A stretch of 64,000 nt of DNA from the human T2T-CHM13v2.0 reference genome, Homo sapiens: assembly GCF_009914755.1 (NCBI RefSeq), contig NC_060928.1. One strand, 5' to 3'. The translations under genes and the position numbers were made by a program. How positions within the stretch are numbered: position 1 is the stretch's first letter; each line of letters begins with the position of its first letter. Below, piece by piece: positions 55,258-64,000 of this stretch. The notes beneath the pieces are model-generated. The model was not told the origin of the DNA. It was given only the letters and a program-made list of their open reading frames with translations, and did not search any database.

Positions 55258-57613
55258 AAACCTGAAAAATTTCCATGGTGGATTACTTTCTAGTTCACAG
55301 AAAGACATCTAACCAACTCAAAGCTCCAGGGAGTTTTTTCAATTAGTCTGAACATCTAAAACATAAAGGGGAGAGTGACATTGGAATTTGAAAAAATATT
55401 AATTTTATTTTGCTGTATAGTGTTCCTGATGTTTCTCAGGAAAATTAAAGATAAATAAGTCTACCTTTAATTTTGTTTGAATTTGGTAATACTATTTTTT
55501 AATATTAATTGACAATCAATTGATTGGCAACCAATAAAAGGTAGCTATCATTGAGTATGATACAAATGTAGCATGATAATATTTTGAGGTGTTGATTTGG
55601 TTTTTACTTTTTCCCATTCTTTTGGAGGCTTTATATATTTATTTGTTTATGTATTTATTTAAATAGTCATAGCAAAAGGCAATAAATCATTTTTATTTCA
55701 AAACTAAAACTTTTGAGATTCAAAAGCCTAAATCTTGAACAATTTTGAAATTAAAATATTTGCTACAAGTGGCTTAGAAAACTAAATGAATGGTCAGAAT
55801 TAATTTTTATGGGGTCTTCTGATGCCTAACTTCTACAACTGTCCTTGAAACTAGATAAAGCTAATCTTGAAAAGTGAAAGAGAAAGACTCTTTCACTCTG
55901 CTTTAGTTTAGATAAAGGAAGAGTTTAGATGCTGATGACTCATAGGAGAGACCTTTTTCTCATTTGGACAAATCCTGGAGTGAGGATAGGAATTACAGAT
56001 AGATTTTAGTTTGAGAAATTCAAAAGTAGATGAAAACCTGAACCACCTTTTTCAGTTAGGGCTCACAAAGCATTAAGAGTCAGAGTTTGCCCCTTCCTAG
56101 GCTAGTGTGAGAACATAAGAAATTTCTGCATAAGCCCTATAGGCAGTCAGATCTGAGGCAACTTGGTAGAATCCCTGGTTTCTGCCATCATGAATCGGCA
56201 GCCTAAAAAAGTTTTCCTCTGCAGCCAAAACGAGCATAAATGTGGCACTTTAGTCTGGCAGGTGTGGAAGGGTCTTGTGGCAAGATGAAGCAATGTGTCC
56301 AACTGAATCAATTATGTTTGTGGATCCACCATCAATGAGCTGAGTAAACGAAGACTTCATGATAGAAACCACAGTAAACATGTAGCATCACCTTTGTTAG
56401 ATATATCTCGCCTCCCAAGCACCTTAATTAAGGCCTCGGTCTTGGCCTTAATTAAGTCCCCAAGAGAAACAACTTCATGAATTGAGGTGAAGAATAACTT
56501 GCTAAAATTTAATTTTTGCCGCCTGGTAGAACAAAGTTTCAAAATGAAGTTTAATCATAAAAAATCAAATTCCTTATTCAAGAGAGCTATCATCTGAGAA
56601 TTTGCGCCCTTACTCTGATAAAAAGCACCACTGTTTACTGAATGCTTACCAGGTGACAAGCACTACACTGGTTACTTTACAAAGATTAGCTCAGCTTTAT
56701 TAACAGTAAGGCATATTCTAAAAATGTTCCCCTTTAAGCAAGTGTTTTTAATTACAGACCCAGTTAACTCTGATAATAAATGTTCATACACCCTCTTATA
56801 GTTGCTTAACACCATACAACTTAGATTAACATTGGGCTAATTGTTCTTATACCTGGCAGTTGTAGATCCAGCAATATAAGGTATCTGTTCACACCATGAT
56901 AACTTAATATTCATGTTCTCTACCCTTTAAAGCTGTTTCCCATTAGCTAGACTTTTATGATTTCCCAGCACAGTTGGCAACAATTTTATTTCTATCAAGC
57001 AAAAGACAATAATATGTTAGAGGTATTCACTATAAAATTTTTTTAAAAAACTGTTAAAGGGTTTATCATGTCTTGGGCTGTCTCAGCCTTCAAAAAAATT
57101 AATTGGCCCCACAGGCTTAGATGGATTTAAAATTTTTGAAGAGAAAAGATGTTAAAATGATCACTTCTTTCCCTAAGGCATCCCTGAAAATGCTGGTCAG
57201 AATGGAAAATGTGTGCTTGAGGCTGGGCCCAGTAACAATGTACAGGAACCATGCCATATTCATCTGTGACCTTTACAGTATAGTTCTAGAAAATGAATTC
57301 AGCCTCCAGTCTGGCCAAAAGGTATAAATAAGCTTTACAGTTTTGACCTTAGCTAAATGGGGAGCAACCAGATAAGCAAGCATCAAAGAAAATTTGCTTT
57401 TATTTTAGAAACATTTCCTTCACGCTTGCAAAATCTAAAGGTAGGCTGAGGGAGGGTAGGGATGAGGCAGCCCAAAGACAAACTGGGTAGGTCAAGGATT
57501 TCTTTTCTCACCATAAACTTGTAAAACTGCTAAGGAAAAATCATACACTGAAAAACAGGAAAAAAATTGTTTCCGTGCATCTTATCATTTGTGTACATTT
57601 TTCTGCCTCTCAA

Positions 57614-57645
57614 GTGTGTGTGCTTGTGTGTGTGTGTGTGTGTGT
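57614..57645. repeat. (TG)n microsatellite
   Basis: Direct reading. Confidence 0.9.
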
Positions 57646-58184
57646 TAGTGTGCGTATGAATGTTTAAATAACTGCATTTAGATTAAGATTACAAATAAGA
57701 AATGTTAAATCTCTCAGATATAAGAATAATCTTAAGGTATTTTTCTTGACCCTGAAAAGTAAAAAAGCATGAAATAGTTTTGCCAAGAGGAACAGATGTT
57801 TCTGTTGTATATTTCTTACTCCCTGGGCATGTTTGAGAATTCTAAATATAAACGTTCAAACAGACAGGGTGCAAACACGCAGGAAGTTTGGGGGAGTGTG
57901 ATGATTCATTTAGACGATTCAATCTGATTCACAACTTTGCACATGAATCAAAAATCAGGAAAATTGAAAAAAGGATGGTTTAGTCATACTAACATGTGTA
58001 TGGCATACATCTTAAAAAGAAAGCAAATTCAGAATGCTAGCCAATTTCAAGAGTAACTTAAACCACATAAGCAATAAATAGGCAAAAGTTTCAAAGACTT
58101 ACACATACTAACTTAATTTTTCATGATCATTTCAATCCCCTATAAGGGTTTCATCTGAACCCATTACAGATTTAAGGGGTTCAC

Positions 58185-58640
58185 ATATATATATATATTA
58201 TATATATATAATATATAATATATATTATATATATATAATATATAATATATATTATATATATATAATATATATTATATATTATATATATATATAATATATA
58301 ATATATATTATATATATATAATATATAATATATATTATATATATAATATATAATATATATTATATATATATAATATATAATATATATTATATATATATAA
58401 TATATAATATATATTATATATATATGTAATATATATTATATATATATAATATATATTATATATATATATTATATATATTATATATATTATATATATATAA
58501 TATATATAATATATATATTATATATAATATATTATATATAATATATATATATTATATATATAATATATAATATATAATATATATAATATATATTATATAT
58601 ATATAATATATATATAATATATATTATATATTATATATAT
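58185..58640. repeat. AT-only minisatellite, roughly 17-27-bp units
   Basis: About 455 bp with a single G; core TATATATTATATATATATAATATATA. Confidence 0.97.
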
Positions 58641-59281
58641 ACACACACACATATACATATAAATTTTACTCATATATAGTATAATTTTCTATATTACAAA
58701 ACAAAAATCTCACAAAGTGGTAGGGGGATTTAGAATAAGTAGTCTGACTAACACACTACTTAGCACACAGTCATCTAATATTCAAGACGGAGTAATAATC
58801 TGAGCTTTCTGGTGAGGATGCTGTAAGAATCAAACTAAGCTCTGAATCTCTGAGGAGTAGTGACTATAACTGTCATCCTCATAAAAGTTGATATTGATCT
58901 CCCTGATACATAGAATAAACAGTCTCCATTACAGTGGTAATATAGTTTATCACAAAATAATATGTTTTTGAAAAGTACAAATAAGACAAAAATGCGTTAA
59001 GGTCAACTCCTTTAAAACCAAAGGTCTTTTTTTGTGGCAAACAAGTATGCCAAATTTGATAATTATATATTTAACAACATTCTACAACAAAACAGATAGA
59101 TACTTTGGGGTATATTTTGTGACTCTTTTTGTGGTATATTCCTCATAGACTAGTATACTTTATATCATACTATATGGAACCTTAAGGCCCTAATAACTAA
59201 TTTGTTTACTGGTTAGATTAAACCTAGAAAAGTTTTTAAGTTAAAAAAAAAAACTTTTGGTTTTAAGTATTTTTTAGCCTT

Positions 59282-60680
59282 TGTAGTAGATGTTATTGAT
59301 GCCTACATACATAACCATGTTCCAGACACTGTTAAGCTATTGGTTGAAAATGGCTATCTACTGTCTTCCCTGGAGAATTGCACTTGGCTGAAAAGGAGCC
59401 ACTTTTGCAAGAGAGTTGATGCTCTTCCTGAGCTGTCTTCCACTGTCAATGACTGACTCAAGAACACAAAATGTCACCATGGTTTCTTCTTAGAGGAGGG
59501 GATTATCAGATATTAAAAGTAAGCCATCTCACAGTTGATCCAGCACATCCATGAATCTTCCTAGTGATCATGTTCCTGGTTTCTGAATATAAAATCAAAT
59601 GAATATATTTAGCAGTTACCAGAATCCTTACTTTGGTTTCCTAACCTATAGAACCATAGTGAAAAAGACAAAGTAGAATTCCCTGAAATGTCTCCATTTT
59701 TTTAGAAGCAATACTACATCTTGTGGGAAAGAGTAAATATTAGTGTCAGCCTCAAAGACTTAAAGAATGGGATGCTTTACTTGGGAAACTTCCCATTCAG
59801 TTCACCAGTCTGTCTCCTACAGGTTGGAGATGGAATATAGTGGATGACAGTAGAATTACCAAAAATGTAACCAAGAAATAGAATTGTAATTGCTGTTCCA
59901 GATGTGTTATCTTCCAGTTTTGTTGTCATATCTAAAATAGATTAACCAAACCTCTGGGATGCACAGTAATTGGTTTGGCCAATGCTTATTTTTACCCAAT
60001 AGGCTTGAGAAAGGAGAAACTGAAGCAAGTCATATTCACAAGGGATTAACAAGGCTATGAATGTACTGTTTTAGCCTAAGACCATGATCATTCTTCTGCT
60101 CCTGATCTGTCATCTGGACTTTCTACAGAATATCACATTAGCCCAGAATGTCATGTTAATTGGACCCAAATGGCAAAATATTTGTATATGCTCTGGATTA
60201 ATTAAACCCATATTTTCACTGGTGAGTGAGACCTATATTCAGTAAAGTTTTGGAGGCTTGTCACATAAGGAAACTTTTTAATATTATTATTTTTTTTATT
60301 TTTAAGTTCTGGGATACATGTGCAGAATGTGCAGGTTTGTTACACAGATATACATGTGCCATGGTGGTTTGCTGCACCTGTCAACCTGTCATCTAGGTTT
60401 TAAGCCCCACATGCATTAGGTATTTGTCCTAATGCTCTCCCTCCCCTTGACCCCCACCCTCTGTGTTGTTCCCCTCTCTGTGTCCTGGTAGGGAACTTTT
60501 TAGGGGATCTATTGTACAAGAATATGCCAGGGAATCCTATTCAATGAAAAGGATAACATCTTTTACCTCTTACCATCTACCACTCAAAAAAAACAAAAAA
60601 AACAAAAGCACTATGCTTCATAGTTTTCTTCAGATATTGAATTACATATTCCACACTTTGGAATACTGTTCCAACATATA
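59282..60680 (+). mobile_element. LTR16-like fragment plus old ERVL pro/pol remnant
   Basis: ccctggagaattgcacttggctgaaaaggagcc (LTR16-like); gcaatactacatc...cctcaaagacttaaaga...ggatgacagtaga parallels 53960-54120. Confidence 0.6.
60281..60488 (-). mobile_element. L1PA (7/8-like) short 3' end
   Basis: aagttctgggatacatgtgcagaatgtgcaggtttgttac...aagccccacatgcattagg; approximate TSD ggaa(a)cttttta. Confidence 0.9.
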
Positions 60681-61415
60681 TATAGTAGATAACTGTATTT
60701 TTGTTTGTTTGTTTTTTATGTTGTCATAGACTCATTGGTCTATGAGTCTGTTTTTATGCCAGTACCATGTTGTTTTGGTTACTATAACATTGTAGTATAA
60801 TTTGAAGTCAGGTAATGTGATGTCTCCATATATGTTACATATATATTACAATTACAATATAGTAGATCCTTATAATATACTATTAGATAATTGTAATCTA
60901 CTAGTTTGAGTGGGCTGCAAAGGAGGGGGAATAAAAGGTGTTCTATATCAAGGCCAAGCTGTGAACAAGCAGCATTGACACTAGGGCAACAGAATATGGC
61001 AGAACACATACCCTAGAGGTGTGTTTGGCAGAGACAAAAATGCCACAGTGACATGTAGACTTTCGGGAAAATCCGAATATGAAAACTGCAAGTCAGAGAA
61101 CAGACCCATCTGATTCTTGAGAAAGAATTTACTTTCTGCAGCAAAGAACTATAGCCTGTTTGAGAAGCAGCCTCTGAGGGGGGAAGGCTAGAATAATTCA
61201 CGCTGTAATGCATTAGAGTATGACACATAAGAATGAGCTAAACTTTAGTGTAGCTAGACATACATTTAGAAATATTTGTAGATATTTGGAAATATTTGTA
61301 TATATGTATATATTTATGAATATTTTATACAAATATTTATAGATATGGATATATATAAATTTATCTACAAATACATATATGTGTGTGTGTATATATATAT
61401 ACACACACACACACA

Positions 61416-61577
61416 CAATCTTACTGCTGGGTAGATATCCAAACAAAAGGAAATTGGTATATTGAAGAGATATCTGCACTCCCACGTTTATTGCAGCACT
61501 GTTCACAATAGCCGAGATATGAAATCAACCTATGTGTCCATTAACGAATGAATGGATAAGTGCTACATATGCACAAT
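61416..61577 (+). repeat. Inverted duplicate of 63743-63904 (L1MA segment)
   Basis: 158/162 identical to the reverse complement, no indels (manual alignment). Confidence 0.95.
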
Positions 61578-61686
61578 GTACATATACACATACATATACG
61601 TGTGTGTGTATATATACATACATGTATATATGTATATATATACATGTGTGTATATATACACACACACGTATATGTGTGTGTGTGTG

Positions 61687-61727
<41 letters not shown>
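61578..61727. repeat. (TA)n/(TG)n/(CA)n compound microsatellite
   Basis: About 150 bp of alternating purine-pyrimidine. Confidence 0.95.
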
Positions 61728-63204
61728 CCTAGTTAGTATATACACATATGTTCTCTCATTTTGTCAGACAAGAGAGCCTACAAGCAATGACTCCCCAGTA
61801 GTAATTGGCATACCTAGGGCACAGATCTTGGCTTCTAATACCAGTCTCCAATGAAAGTAGCTAGAGCTCCTTGGAGAAATGATTGATTTTAGGACTATGG
61901 CAAGAAATATACAATATGATATTAGAGCATCCTGTGTCCATACTCAAAACAAAACAAAACCCACAATGATTGGGATATGCCAAAGGGACACAGGGGCTGA
62001 ATGAAAAAACTACCAATGGACAAAGCTGAAATAATTTTAGCAATAAAATAAAATAATTATAACCCCAAATATAAAATACATATACAAAAGTATATACAGA
62101 TATAAATAAATTAGGGAAAAGAGACAAATTGACCATACAGAAAAGCTCAATCTAAGTAGATACTCCACCCTCAAAGAGATGTAATATGTTTCTCTACTCC
62201 TTAAGTGTGGAATGCACATAGTGCTTTGCTTCCAAAGAGTAAAAAGTGAAAAGAAGAGTTACAAGTAAGTTTAAAGTGGAAAAATCTGACAAACCCTACC
62301 TCAGCCAAGTGATCAGGATTAACATCAGCAATGGTAAATCATATTGATAATATATATCTCTGACACAATGTGATGAAAACAGCATTTTACTTCTCTGGTT
62401 TTCCTTCAAACAATACTTAAGTTCTATCTAATCATAATAAAAATATTGAACAAATCCCAATTGAGAGAGATTTAATAAAATATCTAACCAGCACTCCTCA
62501 AACTGTCAAGGCCATCAAAAACAAAGAATATCTGAGAAACTGTCACAGTCAATATGAGCCTAGAGAGACATAACAACTAAATATAATGTAGATCCTGGAA
62601 CAGAAAAAAAAAAAAGAGTGTTTGATAAAAACTAAAGAAATCCAGATAAATTATGAACTTTAGGTAATAATAATGCATCAATGTTGGTGCATTAATTGTA
62701 ATAAATCTATCATACCAATGTAAGATGCTAACAGGAGAAGCTGAATCCAGGGTATCTGAGAATCTCCTGTGCTATTTTTGCAATTTTTCTGTAAATCTAA
62801 AACATTTCTAAAATAAAAAGAAGTTTTTTTTTTGCTTTTTTAAAAAGCAGTTTCTGATATGCTACTGATCCTGAATTGAGATTGAACATCAGACTATTGC
62901 ACATCAAATAAATGTGTAGACAGACATGCCCATTAAGATGTAAGTATTGTTGTTCCCAAAGAAGACTAAGGCCAGGTGTTCTCGCAGCAAAACACCCTAA
63001 AATGGAAGCAGCACATTTTCAAATGACCCAAACAAACCTAGAGGGAATGTGAAAGTTGGCCGAGCAGGTAGCCAAAACCCCCATCTCACCTACACTTTTC
63101 CTCATATGGGTTTCGTATGACCTGTCTATAAGGTAAGTGCCAACTGGGTTTGGGAATGCAAGCAAATAAGCACATGGCACTGTAAAGGACACATATACCC
63201 TATA

Positions 63205-64000
63205 TATTTTTAATTTTTTATATTTGATTATTATTCCTACATAACAGTTGTACATATTTATGGGGGGATGTGATATTTTGATACAAGCATACAATGTATA
63301 ATGATCAAATCAGGGTAATTTGGATATCCATCACCTCAAGCATTTATCATTTCTTTGTAATAGGAACATTCCAACTGTACACTTTTACTTATTTTGAAAT
63401 ATACAATATATTTATATTGTATACAATATACATACCTTACTGTGCTACCAATGACTAAATCTTATTTCTTCTATCTACCTGTATTTTGTACCCATTAACC
63501 ACTCCCCCGTTTTCCCCCCACCCCTACTGCTATCCACCACAGTCCCTGGTAACCTTTATTCTAATCTCTATCTCCATGAGTGTAGTTTTATTTTTATTTT
63601 TGGTAGATTTTAACATATGAGTGAGAACGTGATATTTGTCTTTCTGTGCCTAGCTTGTTTTATTTACTATAACGACTTCCAGTCCGTCCATGTTGTTGCA
63701 AATGACAAGCTTTCATTCTCTTTTATGGCTAAATAATATTCTATTGTGTATATGTAGCACTTATCCATTCATTCGTTAATGGATACATAGGTTGATTTCA
63801 TATCTCGGCTATTGTGAACAGTGCTGCAATAAACATGGGAGTGCAGATATCTCTTCAATATACTAATTTCCTTTTGTTTGGATATCTACCCAGCAGTAAG
63901 ATTGCTGGGGCATATGATAGTTCTATTTTCAGTTTCTTGAGGAACCTCTGTACTGTTCTCCATAGTGGCTGTACTAATTTACATTCCTGCAAACAGTATG
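63205..64000 (-). mobile_element. L1MA 3' end, continues beyond the window
   Basis: tgtacatatttatgggg...aatgatcaaatcagggtaatt...catatgagtgagaac...ccatagtggctgtactaatttacattcc. Confidence 0.92.

Larger units (their letters stand above)
61215..62830 (+). mobile_element. L1MC/MD 3' UTR hosting an expanded (TA/CA)n tract and a templated insert
   Basis: gagctccttggagaaatga...ccagcactcctcaaactgtcaagg...aaatctaaaac...aaaataaaag; homologous to the reverse of 17255-18420. Confidence 0.8.

Noticed and set aside
61532-61854. ORFs rich in Y/I/C/V/H/T
   Set aside because: Translations of the dinucleotide microsatellite.

Overview
Primate (human-like) AT-rich, gene-poor DNA made mostly of decayed interspersed repeats: Alu (J/S/Y), L1 (L1PA/PB/MA/MC-MD/ME), L2, MIR, MaLR LTRs (MLT1, MST, THE1), ERVL elements (MLT2 LTRs, a 4-kb internally deleted ERVL provirus, older ERVL pol remnants), a solo LTR22 (HML-5), MER52 and DNA-transposon relics (MER63, Tigger2, Tigger3a). 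I find no credible protein-coding gene, RNA gene or CRISPR array. The supplied ORFs are chance ORFs or L1/ERV/Alu remnants. I found no evidence of a new multi-gene system. The most unusual signal is a 162-bp inverted copy (158/162 identical) of part of an old L1MA, sitting inside a (TA/CA)n tract about 2.2 kb from its source (61416-61577 vs 63743-63904), which looks like a templated repair insertion. Also notable: a ~455-bp pure-AT satellite with a self-complementary unit, two 5'-inverted old L1s, a 96-bp minimal Tigger2 inside ERVL pol, and a perfect TTAATTAA-containing hairpin in apparently unique sequence. Repeat subfamily names come from recalled consensus sequences, not a database search. 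Boundaries without a stated TSD are approximate.
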